DNA of 63,336 nt, filler included, from 16 parts of 16 records of this genome joined end to end with filler, not necessarily neighbours in it, one strand, 5' to 3'. Counted from the first letter of the whole stretch, positions 10,324 through 24,625 are shown. Notes: generated from the letters alone by a model not told the origin. Program-made: numbers and translations.

Positions 10324-12696
10324 AAATTAAACTGCAATGTTGAATATTCATGGAGGGGGAGGGGGGAGAGATGGAACAGTAAATCATTAATAGATCACTG
10401 TTTTACAAACATTCAAGAATTTACTAACATTGAATATAATTTTACTAGTTGTAGTGATCACAAGTCTCTTTCTGTCTCTATAAATAAAAGATTTGTTTAT
10501 GCTGCTCCTAAATGGAAATCGTTCTTGTTTAAAAATCCGCAGTTTATAGAACTTATCAAAAAAGAAGTTACTACATTTTTGTTTGATAATGCAGATTTAG
10601 AGTCAAAAAAGCAAAATATTAATTCTTATTTAGAAAGTCAAGACCAAATTGAAAAAGATCTAACATTTAGCGGACCACATTTCAAAGAAACTTCTGTTCT
10701 TTTTTCTCTTCTTAAACAATTAAAGATAGCTCATGATAGATTTTATTCTAAACTAAGAATGCAGACCTTTAAAAAAACTCAAGATTTTCATCTAAAAATT
10801 TCAAAACTTTATGCAGACATAAATTTATTAAACAAAAAAGAGAAACTGCATGAAATGGATATTTTGATTAGTCAACAAAATGAGTTTTTTAAAAATATTT
10901 CCTTTATTAGAGCTGAAACAAGTTACTTACAGAAACTGATTTTAGATGGAAACTCGAATGCTTATACTTTTAGTCATGTGCAAAGAACCTTTAAACATGA
11001 ACCCACCTTAGAAATAAATGGGCAAATGACTGACTCACTCCCAGATATTGTTGATCATTTAAGTAACATGCATGCAGAAATTGTATCCCCCCAAAACATT
11101 CCAGTTTCCAATCTAGATGATTTTCTCTCTGAGTATAACCTTAATTTAGATAACTTGTATCCCAAAATTGAAACTTTAACTTCTCCTAATAGTACTTGCA
11201 AGGAGTTTAAATCAGTCATTGACTCCATGGCTAGTACTAGCACGCCTGGAATCTCATCTGAACCAAAAGTTCTGTACCAATTTCTATTTAACATATTCCC
11301 ATCCTTTATGACTAATGCACTAAACAATTTATATCATATAGACATTGATAATTCCCCCTTTTCATTCATAAAGGATAGAAATATTGTGTTCATACCTAAA
11401 AAGGGATGCGATCAAAGCAAAGCTGAAAATAGACGACCTATATCTCTTATGGAAACACCGTTTAAGATCATAACCAAGGCATTAAACCGTAAAATTACAC
11501 CACATTTAAGTTCTATATTAAGTGTAGACCAGCATGGATTTACAAATGGGAGACATATGCACACTGGTAGTGTATCTATAATAGCTACCATGAATCATAT
11601 TAAAACACACAATTTAAATGCTCAATTTGTGAGTTTTGACATTAAACGTGCATTTGATCGCGTTATACCAGCTGTGTTAGAAAAAATTCTTAATCATATT
11701 TTCCCTAATGGAACTTTTGCCCAGGCTTGGAGTAAACTTACATCTGGTGGTAGATTTAGAGCCTGCATTGGAAACACTGTATCAAAGTTTAAAAAAATAT
11801 CCCTGGGGACACCTCAAGGGGGGCCGCATGCCGGTGTATCCTACAACATTGTTCATCATATTTTCACCAGTGTTCTTGACAGTGCAGCCTTTAAATCTAT
11901 ATCTCTTCAAATTAATAATCAGCCGTTACCCGCTGGGGCATTTGCCGATGACACATGGAAATTTTTGTGCTTAAAATCACTTAATGACGTTCAAAAACTT
12001 CACTCAATGTTGATTAAAATGGAACAAAATACTGGGCTCAAAATAAACTTCTCAAAAACAAAAATATTGGTGAATGGATCATTGCCTTTTAGCCTAGATT
12101 TAGTTGGAAGCATTCAACATCAATTTAAGCACCTTGGTATATTTTTATCATTTAATATGGCAGATGGAGCAAATTCAACCTACAATGAGCTGATTGAAAA
12201 TCTAGAAAAAAAGGCAATGAAATATCCACTGAAATCCAGTTATAATATTTTCAAACGTAGGAATTTATGTACAGCCCTTATGAATTCTATGTGTTTTCAT
12301 GTATTCAGAGTTTATTCTCCAAATAGTAGTCAAACTAAAAAAATTTGGAAAGCTATAGCCAAATTCTTATGGTCTAATAAGACAGAAAATGGCCCTAGCT
12401 ATAGATTTAAAATTTCCCAGAAAACAGTTGAACTAGATTTAATAAATGGTGGACTTAAAATGTTAAAACCAGAGCAACAGAGCTTCTCTATCTTTATTCC
12501 AAGTCTTTTACATATTCTCCACCATGCATTCAAATATCCTAAATCAACATTAGGAATTATCTTAGCATTTAAAAAAGTTAATCTTAAGCCCCTTTTGAAT
12601 AACTTTGGATATAGAACTTTCAATGAAAATCAAAGACGTTTAAAGTCCTTATATCCAAATTTCAATGAATTGTATTTTAACAAATACTCAGAATTT
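10324..12696 (+). mobile_element. non-LTR retrotransposon (L1/Tx1-like LINE) ORF2 fragment: C-terminal APE endonuclease plus reverse transcriptase, truncated at both contig ends
   Basis: Frame is open from the contig start: YSW...KSLIDHCF...CSDH (APE end motifs), then RT motifs FIPKKG, RRPISLM, QHGF, FDIKRAFD, GTPQG, AFADD, GLKINFSKT, KHLGI and downstream GGL. Confidence 0.88.
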
Positions 12697-12866
12697 NNNN
12701 NNNNNNNNNNNNNNNNNNNNNNNNNNNNNNNNNNNNNNNNTTAATTAATTAANNNNNNNNNNNNNNNNNNNNNNNNNNNNNNNNNNNNNNNNNNNNTTAT
12801 TCATTGATATGCTCTGTAATGTGTAAAAACGAACCTGGTTTTTGTGTTTGTATGTATTTATTTTAG

Positions 12867-15800
12867 TATGTGAACATTGTAATTCAAGTATCGCTTCACT
12901 TACTCTCGAATATGTCGGTGATTTTGATCCAGCGCATATCCTCATCACTCAAGGAATGGCTGTTTTAATTGATGACGTTGTTTCACCCAATCAAATCATT
13001 AAAATTCCGCCAACCACTACGCCACCAGCCGCTACAACACCGCCACTTGAAAGTTTATCTCCGAGTTTGAGCATATACATTTCCGATAATGATTTATTTA
13101 CGAATGCCGAGCAGATTGTAATTATCACTGAATGTGATGCGGTTGGTTCTGATGACGATGTTTTAGTATTTGATGTTTTTGGTGATTTTGTTGTTTTGGA
13201 AGGAATGACTGTTGATGGAGAAAGGTTGTGTGAAAGACCAACACCAGGACCAACACCAGGTATGTGTTATATTTGCACATTACATGTCATCCTTTGCGTG
13301 ATAAAAAAACAAAACAAATTTCGCAGTCATGTTGTGTTAAAAATGGATTCATCCATTTATATTTTCCGCATTCAGAGAAATAATCTTGATTTTTGCGTTT
13401 TATTTTGAGTTACACGCCAGAAATTCACGTCATATGAAACACCTGACTTTCGTATTCCACTTTAAACATACTCAAGAAAAAAACGGGTGGATAAACGGTT
13501 GAAATGTGTGACTCGCTAAACAGTTACATGCGCTACTCTTGTTTATTTTTGGAAAGTCATAACTTCAAGCGCGAGTTAGGAAGATGGGAATTTAGGTGTG
13601 TAATTTGATATTTTGATTTTTACAGAAAACGCTACATTATTCATGTTGTTTTCGTCATCTTTTTTTAAAAAAAAATTGTTTTCCCAGAAAACCAACCGAT
13701 TTCACACTTGGACAAACAAAAACACTTTTCTCTACACAAATGTGTACAATACGACGTACCCCTTCGGTATACATAATCATAGTACATGAAAAAATGTTGA
13801 GTTCTATCCATATGTGGGTTCATATTTTCTTAATGATTGTTTAGTGATAACAGAAGCACCCACATCTCCTAGTTCAGGATCCACACCACAATGCTGTAAC
13901 ATTCAGTTGCTTGGAGGTGCAGATCTATTTTTCACAGGAGTATACACTGTGAACAATACTATTTTATTTAATAATAGAAGTTCTTACAAAAATGAAGGTC
14001 TAGGACTGCATATGTATTATCTTTCCCCAGATCCTCAAATTTGGACAATTGGATCGTTTGTTGGCGATGAATCGAATATTTTGGCATTTTCTGAAGATAA
14101 TTCGACATGCGCTGAGGAAGATGACTCAATGGTTTGGTTTGTTTGGAATTTTACGGCTCAGTCATTTTTTATTGATAATAGTATTAGAATGAATTGTGGT
14201 ACGTATCTGTTGACAAACGGCGTGAAAAAGAGCCTGAAACACATTTTTCCGGCGAATTACTCTAAATTTCTGTGTCGAGTCACCCCATCCTGAAAGACAA
14301 AAATTATTGTTCTATGAAAATATCAGAAGTTTTCAAAGTGGGATGCAGTATGTTTTTTATTTATTTCGTTTTTGAAAATAAATGCGTTTCAAAATTTGTA
14401 TACATGCTTTTTATTGAGATTAAATCCCGTTATTGTCTAACATCCAGAAATTCATATCTCGTTTTTTGGCTCTTGTTTGAAGACGAAATGTAATTTTGTA
14501 AATGAATTTGTCGAATTAATGCACTTCCTGTAATATAATATGAAAAACTACCGTACCAGTGACCATTCTTGGTATTGCATTTTGCTTGTTCGTTCATGTG
14601 GGATTCCGAGCGATAAACATCAGATACAATGTTAAAAATATCTCCAGGTGGAGAAATTATTACTGTCATTTTCAGCGTTATTCGCAAAGATATCCCTTGG
14701 CCACAAATTCAGTCTAGAAGTGTAAAAATTCAAAAACAATATGACAAAACATGTTTCAGGCATGCAGTTGATTATGCATTTATTTATTTATTACATTTGT
14801 ATTATTTACCTAAAAATTTAGAAGTTTGAAGAAATGAGAATTTTACACTTCCTGAGGGGAAATGGAGTTGTGAGGAGTATGTGAGGGAGTGTGGAGTGGG
14901 AAAGGGACGCTACGACTCGACAGAATACAGTCGTCTGGGCATGTAATTCATTTTCTGTTTTTGTTTTAGTTTGTGAAGCATGTAACTCGAGTTTGACATC
15001 TCTGACTGTTCAATACTTTCTCGATCGTACACCGGCATACCTTCTCGCCACACAAGGACAAACTCCACTCATAAATAAACAAATAAATGTATCCGAAATC
15101 ATCACAATTGACGCAAATGATTTTAATATGGACACTCTTGCACCAAGTATCGCATTTTTTGTCGCTCAAAATTCGCAATTTGATGACGCATTGCGCGTGG
15201 TTGTACCAACAAATTGCGACACTGAAATATTTATTTCTGATGAATTTAATTTTTTGCGAATTTTGGACGGCGTATCAGAAGGAGGAGGAACTATTTGTCC
15301 GAAACCGACAGCACAACCGACTTTTATGCCAACACCAATTGTGACTGCAATGCCGACAGCGCCCAATGATTGCGGTGAGTAGTAATAGTTTAGTATTTTA
15401 GATTTCATATTTTTGGGGATATCAATACAAAAACATGAAATCTCTGTTCGATGTCTAATCTCTCTTCGATCTCGAGTTGTAGGACCGTCGAGAACGTGTT
15501 TTTTGGATTCTTTAAAACCAGAGATGTGGTAGTGTGTAAAGCGAGAACGCGGGATTTTGGTTTGAGTAACATCCGGGTTGTGTGTATGGCACTGTTATCG
15601 CCATTCACAAAAACATGTTTTGTTTTTGAAACAAAATCCTATATTGTTTTTGAAAATGGTCCTCGCGTATTTATTCAATAATTTGTATACTTTTTACAGA
15701 GCAGAAAGTACAACAACAAACGTTAACGGTTGTTATATAAGTCCTGCAGTTGGTGAACTTTTGCAATTTTCTTTGACAATATTAGCCACTTGGCAGAGAA

Positions 15801-17751
15801 AATAAATTGAATCTCACAATGGAAGAACGAATCTCCAAACCCGATTTTTTGCCACAATCCCTATCAAACAATTTGTGAATGTTTACAAGAACACCCAAAT
15901 TTTTTCTCAATCCTATATTGATGGAAAATATGTTTACAAGAACCCATTGCGTTTTGTAACAATTTTTGGGACCAAAAAGGACGAATTTTGTGATGTTGTT
16001 GTTTTCATTTTGAAACAATGTCTATATGGGATATGCAATTGGTTTTGGATCTCGTCTTACTACTGACTTTCGTAAGCTTTATGAAGTTTTACTTGTGTCA
16101 CAAGCAAATTCTCTAAACCTCCTGTGAAAAAAATTGTCTTATATAATATTAGGCAGATACCATGTACAAGTCTGGGGTGAATGTATCTACATGTATATTT
16201 TGTGTATGTTACTCCAAACTTATAGGTCTCAGATAACACTGCATTTACCATGAAAATATTGAATTCTGTGCATTCACATGCCTTATGTTTCAAGTTTTTC
16301 ACGAAAATTATTTGTTCCGTTAAAATTCTGTTTCAAAATTGAAAATCATGAAAACTTAAATTTCGTGAGCAATCTAAAAACATGGATTTTTATTCTCCAT
16401 CTCTGTGTGTATTTGCTTTTTAGGGTTATGTTGTTGTGGTGTGATTGAAGAATTTGACAGCGGATGTACATTGTTTCTCTTCGATTTTGAGTGCACGTCC
16501 TTCGATTTTTGTAAATGGATGTGCGATTTCTCTCCAGCGACAACTCCGATGCCGACATTGATGCCGACGTCTTTGCCGACAATGCCACCGACTCCACAAC
16601 CAACTTCAGAATGCCGTAAGTAGAAAAATGTTTTTGGTTTTCATTTAGTTCGAGAAAAAGAATTTTTTTTCAGGGGAAAGTTTTAAATAGACATACAAAG
16701 ACTTGTGTTTGTTAGGACTAGAAAAACACAACAAAGTGGAAATTGGAACTCTTTTTGACAGAACGTAAATTTTGTTTTCAATTTGTGGAAACAAACACGA
16801 TTTTAGACATCTACAATTTTACAAAATAATTGATTTTAAACTGTGTTGAGTTTTTTGAACTGCCATTTGCGATCAGTAATGAATGAAAATTTCTTGAGCA
16901 TTTTGCGTTGAAGGGAAGTGGGTTTTGTATTGTGAAAACACCGTTTGGGTCTGCACATTACATAAAAAATTGTTGGGTACTTAAATGCACCGAAAAAGTA
17001 TTTTATAAACGTTTGAAAAAAAAGAACCTTAAAAAACATCACAAAAATTAATGGATAGTTAAAGATCTTACAAAAAACAATATTAAATTTTTAGAGGTAT
17101 TAGACCATGTATTCTCGTAACAACTGGAGTGAATGTGAATTTGGTCAACTCTATTTAGGTGGTGTGTGGAGTGGGAGTGTGTGGGTGTGTGTGGAATGGA
17201 ACACAGTGGATCCGTTCCTTCATTGCGTTTGTCTGTTTCAGTCGTTTAGCGAATTTCGGTGATAAATTGAAACATATTGTCCAATATAATCATTTGGGGG
17301 GAAAGTGAGTTCTCCATTTTCAAATTTTCCCAAAAAATATTTTGGTCAGATAATCAATCTACAAGTCTGAAAAAAGTGTGAAAATTTTGCTATGTAACGA
17401 ACAAGCAAATTCCCTGAGGGCCCCAAACGAAATTTCTTGAAAAGTTGGGTTCATAAATAGTCCATTAAATGTTCTACCGACAGGATGACGATTTTTTCAT
17501 CATTCGTTATACTAATTTATTTGCTTTTTGTATTTAGTTGATGTTGCAATTTTTGTGATTGATACTTTTGAAAGTGGTTTACTTCCACTCCCAGGACTAA
17601 CAGTTTCAGCTGTGAGTAGTCAAAGTTCTGTCAGCGATCAAATATTTATTAACGGAAGTGAAATTGTTGGAGGTGAAAGAGATTTATACATTTCTGCGAG
17701 ACTAATGGATTCACAATTACCAAAAGGATCTGCTCAAATTATTGTTGATGC
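12867..17751 (+). CDS. intron-containing eukaryotic gene (partial) for a modular Cys- and Pro/Thr-rich extracellular protein; exons 12867-13259, 13845-14198, 14970-15374, 16538-16615, 17538-17751
   Basis: Each exon has a pyrimidine-rich YAG acceptor and a GTATGT/GTACGT/GTGAGT/GTAAGT donor; the first four exons (393, 354, 405, 78 bp) are all phase 1-1 and splice in frame; exons 1 and 3 are paralogous (VCExCNSSxxSLTxxY). Confidence 0.75.
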
Positions 17752-20631
17752 GTAAGTAAATGACATTCTTCTTCGTGTTTTTGTTTTTGTTTGATGAGCA
17801 GAGTGATGAAATATTTTTAAATGTACTGATATTTTGTCATGTTTATACAATTTTTTATATATCCCGCCAAGTTCGCTTCCCTGCCAACACCAACTTTCAA
17901 ACCAAAAAAAANNNNNNNNNNNNNNNNNNNNNNNNNNNNNNNNNNNNNNNNNNNNTTAATTAATTAANNNNNNNNNNNNNNNNNNNNNNNNNNNNNNNNN
18001 NNNNNNNNNNNTGAAAATCGAAAATTTAGACCTAAAGGAGATGGAGGTAATGGGTTTATTCATTGATATAATCTGTGTCATTCAATGTTTTCAAAAAAAT
18101 CAAAAGCTTATAGCTTCATAGAATTTTCATGATTTTAGTTTTTTGTGGATAAATCCTGTCTGTGCTTTTGGTGAATCATTTCAGTAAAATTTTTAGGCAA
18201 GTATTGGTTAGACATTACACTTTGCGTTTACCACCGGCCCCGTTTCCATTACAGCCGCCGTGCGCTTTGTGTTGACACCCTTAAACGCATCGAGGGTTGT
18301 GTGCTTGCCAGAAACTGAGCTGTTAGTCAGGTGGAATGCAAGCTCACTAATATATTTTTGCGGGGGTTCACTACTTGGTGGAAAAAAAGGCGAAGAATAC
18401 TCTGAAAGGCCCATTTTTGAGGAGGGCTGCTATTTTAAAAATAATTTCTCAAAAGTGAATTTTATGCCAGAAATTGGAAAAACAAGTAAAGAACAAATTC
18501 TTTAGGGAGTGAAGTCAAACTTGACTAATTCCACGCCATGCACGACAACCTCACGTGTCTGCTGGTAGCAATGATAAACCGCGATCGACGTACCACCCAG
18601 CAATAAACCCACACATTCGAAAATTGCACATTAAATTGTTTAATTTTGGTCAGAACCGTTACTTTGAAATAAACATTTGGTATTTTTCCACGTTTCAAAA
18701 CAAAAATATTTCCCCTGTATAAAAAGCTGCTTCACCAAATCCCTTTCAAAAAATTGTCTCTTGATTTTTCATAAATTCATCACGTTAGCCCTTAGTTTTC
18801 ATAAAAAAATGTGAAATTAGTGACACCTATTTAACTTTTCGTATTTTTTTTAAAATACAATTTCGCAAAAAAAGTGTAGGTTATGTTTGGTTTTGAAATT
18901 TTAACAAAGTGAACCTCGCCCGTTTGAAATTTGAAATGTCACACTCTTGAAGGTGGGTGGTTTTATGACAGGACATACCCTGTACGATACCTATTTGTAT
19001 AATATCGAATATTCTTGGGATCACCCTATTTGTTAATGTATTTGGGTATCCCACAACTTGCGTCAGCTGACTGTAGGCTGTAGTATCATCCATTTTTACT
19101 TTTAGTTACCGACTAAAATATAATTAGCACAAGCTAACGACAGTAAATAACCATAATTACATACAATACAAAAAATATAACAGAAAAAAATTGCGATTTA
19201 AAACACTCTCAGGTACCAACAAGAGAATCTTAGAGGGTCACACGCGCTAGTAAAGTTAAAGGTCGTCAACATTGATCACGTGGTAAAAAAAACAACTTTT
19301 GTGGAATTTGAACATATTCATACCACGTGGACCGGCTTTTTCAAATTAGCATTTCCATTATTTTTTTTAGCATCCCTTACTGTGGCTAAATCTCTTACAT
19401 ACATATCCATCAGGTCTTTGGGGATTTCATGTTCTCTCATTTACATTTTCGAGTTGAAATATTTGAAAAATTTGAAACCCTTTTGTCAAAATGTGAACAG
19501 TTCACAGACCGATTGTTCTGCTGTCAAGGATGATCGAGTGGGTTTTCTGAAAAAATGAAAAATACTCCGAACATTTGCCGAAATGTCCCAAACTGTTTCA
19601 AATGTTGTGAGAGTTCGGCCATGCCGCAATATGTTCGATCATCTCTCCGTCTCTTTGCACCACAAATATAAAGTCGCATTTTTTTCACAACACCATTTGT
19701 GAATTTCACAAAAACTGTTGAGAATTTGTATTTTTTGACTCACCACAGGATAGCCTTTGTAAGAACTGTACAAAAACGCAAGGAATAAGGCTGGTCCTTG
19801 TTGGGGTTTAGGTTGGTTAAAAAAGGTTAAGGGTACTTGTTACCCATCTATTTTGTGAGCCGTTAACTTTGTATACGTGTCGACACGAAAAGCAAAACTC
19901 AACATGAAATTACTGACTTTCAAAAACATCTGTGGGCATTTTCCAGATTGAATAATATTCTGCTAGCTCGAAATTCATTTGTATACATCTTCGTGTACGT
20001 TACTCGTGGGCATAGCAAGAATTTTTTTTTGCTTTACTTCAGCCTAAAAAATAAAATGTGTCAATCCCTGGAGCGTGTTTGTTTTACCAAGTTTGTTCGA
20101 TAAAGCTGGCATACCCTAAACGGTCGGGGAAAGCTCAGTACTATGTGAGGTGTGTACTATGTTAAGGGAAGCAAGCGTATCTTATTTATGTACGGTGGAA
20201 CTTTATTTGTATTTTTACATTTCGGCTTTTCCGTTTCATATGACTGAACAAAATGAATTTTATTTTACTGCACCAGATTGAACACAACTTTTATGTGATT
20301 TCACGGTGGCCAATGTACGAAGTGGCTGAAAATCATTTTTCACTGGCAAAACTTTCCAGGAGTGTTCTTTGTATTTCTTGTTATCAATACCACATAAAAA
20401 TGGACGAAAATAAAACTGTTAATTGAACAAAAGAAATTTTATGCAGGTAAAAGTTCCACCTTAAAAAATAAGAATCTCTTCACGCAGTGCTGTTCGGATT
20501 GTTTTATCAGATATTTATTGAGAAATACAATGCAAAGTGAAAGAGAAGAGCTTCGAATTGTCCCCCAAAATCAAAAAGATTTTCATGAAGAAGAACATGA
20601 CGATTTGATAATACCTGTTGACAAACAACAG

Positions 20632-20673
20632 GAACACGAAGAGGAACACGAAGAAGAACACGAAGAAGAACAC
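20632..20673 (+). repeat. 12-bp tandem repeat (GAACACGAAGAR, reading EHEE) running into the contig end
   Basis: About 3.5 units seen directly. Confidence 0.8.
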
Positions 20674-20773
20674 NNNNNNNNNNNNNNNNNNNNNNNNNNN
20701 NNNNNNNNNNNNNNNNNTTAATTAATTAANNNNNNNNNNNNNNNNNNNNNNNNNNNNNNNNNNNNNNNNNNNN

Positions 20774-20797
20774 ACACACACACACACACACACACAC
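20774..20797 (+). repeat. (CA)n microsatellite at contig start
   Basis: acacacacac... seen directly; typical of eukaryotic DNA. Confidence 0.85.
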
Positions 20798-20852
20798 TAC
20801 ACATTACCGTACACTTATTCACGCGTTGCTATGGAAACATACTCATAAATAC

Positions 20853-21239
20853 CTGATGTAAAACCGAAATCACCAACTTCGATTTCAGCATCATTGCTGA
20901 GAATTGCCAAGTCCAAACACGTGTAATTATGTCCCCGTCCAGTCGTAATTGACTCAAACTCCGGTATATTCCCAAATTCATCGCTCAAAAACAGATAATA
21001 CTTCCCAGGGGCTACATCTTCAAAAGTATACGTTCCATTTGCATTCGCTGTGGTCGCAGCGTACTCATTTTCCCACACAACTTCTACTGTGTAACTGCCC
21101 ACCGAACAGCCGGATCCAAAAGTCTTGAGTGCTAGACTTATTGTGATATCAGGGAGTCCGATATCAATATTTTCGTCAAACTGGCCATTTGCGTTGGTGT
21201 CGTTAAATATCCTGCCCGTGACCGTTCGTCCAGGAGCAT
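20853..21239 (-). CDS. single exon encoding an SdrD B-like/Cna-B-type beta-sandwich domain
   Basis: TVTGRIFNDTNANGQFDENIDIGL...TTANANGTYTFEDVAPGKYYL...DFGF; acceptor TTTTTTTGTTACAG, donor G|GTATTT; 387 bp, phase 1-1. Confidence 0.7.
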
Positions 21240-24200
21240 CTGTAACAAAAAAATACAAATAAAGTCCGTAAACAAAGTACCATCGTCAATTGAAGCAATT
21301 TGACCAAGGAATACTCGCGAAATGGATATCACAAAAGCAGCCTGAAACACGCCGCAGCTAACCGAAGCATGCAGTTTGGTTGGTTTAAAATCCCACTTCG
21401 GGTGCCACCCCCACCCACCACACACTCCCACCAAAAACGTGCCAAATCGTGATAAAACCTGGAACATTGATACATTATCGATGTGTCGTGTTGTTGTGCA
21501 TTTCACGTGCAAGTTTCATCACCACAAATACCTTGCTTCAAAAATAAATAGTACCAGGAGCCATATTTTGAAAATGATGGGTCCCACACGACTTCCACTG
21601 CACGACTGCCCAACCCACGGCAGGATCCAAAAATTTTAATTTGAATTGAAATAAAAATTTTAATAGGTTGGGACATTTGCATTCATCTCATTTAAAGAAA
21701 TTAATTTTTTCATAAAAATTGGTCAGGTTGTATTTTCATTGGTATCGAATTCAATAAACATGCTCAATCCACCATAAAATGAAGCATTGGCCAGTAATTT
21801 GAGTATTGATTCAGAAAATCCAGGTTTTTTAGTCATATTTTCAATATAATTACAAGTTAAATCACAAAAAATTCGTAACTCAGTCTCTTGTCTCATGCAA
21901 AACACATACAATTTGCAACCTGGCGCCTCTTGAACCATGCGAAACACCTCAACTTTCAACCTTACGACTTTTCTGTTGTTTTTTTCAGTGTTTGCTGCGC
22001 AATCTCGAAGTTTTTTGTGATATTCGTTCTCAAACGGCGAGTGCACTTCGTCTCTTGAGAGTGAAAGTTTCATTCGGCTGTGGAAAAAATCTTGTCAAGA
22101 GGCTCAAAAAATAGGTTGACAAGTGCTTCAGCTGTTTTATGTTCACCCTTGTCCCCAGGAAGCATGAACTCGAATCGATTTGCGTAGAGTAATGTCTGGG
22201 TTTCAATTTTAAGGGATATGTGTGAAGTAAAGTCGGGCCACGCTAGGTTTTCACAATCTACTTTGCCTCAATTGCCTCAATTGCCTCACCGCGAAAAAAA
22301 TTGGCCTGCCAGTCTACCAAGAAGCTCTGTGGTCAAAACTTACTGAAACCGAAATTAAAAAACTTGCCTCACGTTAAAGCTTTGATCACATGCAATCATC
22401 TCAGCAAGGTTGCATTCTCAATGAGAGAGCTTGGTGTGTGAGTGATGGCACAGAGTCAGAAAAAGCCATGTTTTTTTGATGAAAATGTTTTATTTCAATT
22501 CAAATTAAGTACTACCCATTGTGATATTGGGAAGTCCAATGCCAACATTTCCGTCAAACTAGACAAGACACCACCAGATTTGCCCAAACATAGTAGCCCC
22601 ACCCATACTAACCCCACACACAGGTTTTCGATTTTCGAAATATAGTAACCCCGCCTAAATAACCGATAAATCAATTAAACAAACACGCGCACATGTGTTT
22701 AACAACAATTAATAAGTTTAAATTGTAAAATGCATATTTTAAATACGTTAAAAAATCTTTCAAATGGTAGGGGTGGGTTGCTATGGGCGGAAAGTTTGCT
22801 ATGGGGTGGGTGGTATACTATAAATTAACACGCACTGTATACAGAGAGTTTTATGCACCAGTTGGTTTTCCATCTCGTTTCGATCACGGCATACGAGTTT
22901 GAATTTAAAAATTTTAGGAAAAATTGTTGGGAGGTTGACTTACATTTTCCTGGAAACATTTTGAGCGGTTTTCTTTCATGCTCGTGAAAGGCTCAGAGAG
23001 TATGAAAAACATCTGTTTTTAATCTGAGCAGGCCACACATGTGCAAGCCATGTGTGTTACATCGTTGCAATGTAAGTTAAATTTCAAGAAAGTTAGAGTT
23101 AGGCTAAAATATGTGTGGACAGAAAATGTATCCTCCAACTTGCTGGCTAACCAGCTTGCCAAATGTAACGATCGTGTCGCATTTGCACTGATTTTCTACA
23201 CCAAACACGATATAGTCAGCCAAGGGAACTCTGAATTCGAAAACTGATTGTGGGAATCATGGTTGTTATTCAAGTACTACAATTGCAAGTTATTTCGGAG
23301 AATTTTGGCAACCTTCCCTTTGGTCCAATTAAGAAATCCAAAAATCAGATGTTCATATAACTCTCTTGTGGGCAGTAAATACAACTCACAAAACCGTTAC
23401 CCAATGCTTGTATCCGAACACCCCACGCAGGCCTTGTCACAGTAAGATTTTGAACTGGTGTGTTCCTTTGGGAGGTGGGTTTGACCGGCCAAAAGCATTT
23501 TCCACTTGAGGTATGATTATTTTGATAAAAAGATTCGCAGATAAAATGTACCCTTCGAACAGACGGCATTCTTCCGGAGACTACCAACACATCGTGTATT
23601 GCAAAAATAATTTTAACGATATCCCAGCTCGTTGTAAATTCACTTTTTCTGTTCGGCCGGAAATCCCACTTTGAGCGCACCAAAAATGTGAAAAATACAT
23701 CTAGAAACTAACCAGTTTGAACTATTTTCCATATTTTCATTGTAAATGTATATTTTGATGGCTCAGAGCAGTTTAGTTGTCGTTATATTTTAAAAAAGCT
23801 ACAATAATGCTGATATTTTAAATACAAGGAACTTCGATCCTCCCCTCATTTCCACCCTCTCCGGGATCAATTTTTCCTAATTTTGGGGACCATGAGTTTG
23901 CTATGGGTTGGGTATGTGTTTCAAAAAAATTTCTCCGAGTGGTGGGTGGGGTGAGGGTGGGGGTAGGTTGCTTCGAAAATTGGAGAGAAACAAAATTCGT
24001 GCTCACGCGTGATGTCAACCAGTAAAAACCTCAGAGGGGAAATTAGATAAGAAAGCGTGTTTATGTGCTACAATTTGGAAAATTTAAGTACGTGTTTGTA
24101 TTTTGTCTCTTTGTTCTTAAGCAATTTCGCGTGTAAGCGCGGAAATCTTTGTTTCGTTTTTCTAAGCAGCTACCTACCGCTCCATACTGGTGGTACATTT

Positions 24201-24625
24201 TAAGGGTGTGGGGGTCTGTTATGGGTGTGGGGGGGCATCGATTTCCCTGTAGCGTTTGGATACGCAACAACGCAGAAATGTGCTCTGTTACAGGATATCA
24301 ACGTTGGTCCGTTCTTAAAGTAGGATGCTTTTCGGATGTGTTTTTCGCATAGTACACCAGAAATCATTGTAAGAACCCCCCTCCTCCCTCTCGCCCCTCT
24401 TAAGAACCCACCCCCCCTCATATCTGACCCAGGGGTCAGCTAGGGGTGTTCATACATCGCCCGAAGGGAGAAATTTTTTTTTCGGTGGAGTGGTTCTTAC
24501 AAAAATCACACCTAATTTTTTNNNNNNNNNNNNNNNNNNNNNNNNNNNNNNNNNNNNNNNNNNNNTTAATTAATTAANNNNNNNNNNNNNNNNNNNNNNN
24601 NNNNNNNNNNNNNNNNNNNNNTCAA

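Noticed and set aside
6288-12696. SIR2-HerA-YhcG followed by a reverse transcriptase as a novel RT-containing defence operon
   Set aside because: An artificial linker (10222-10321) separates them, and the RT is a eukaryotic LINE ORF2 with an APE endonuclease remnant
18012-20673. Short ORFs, including 18208-18414 and the EEH-repeat ORF at 20518
   Set aside because: Possibly exon fragments, but there is no homology signal; only the tandem repeat is supportable
22263-22288. TTGCCTCAA x3 tandem repeat
   Set aside because: Short simple repeat with no spacers or associated genes
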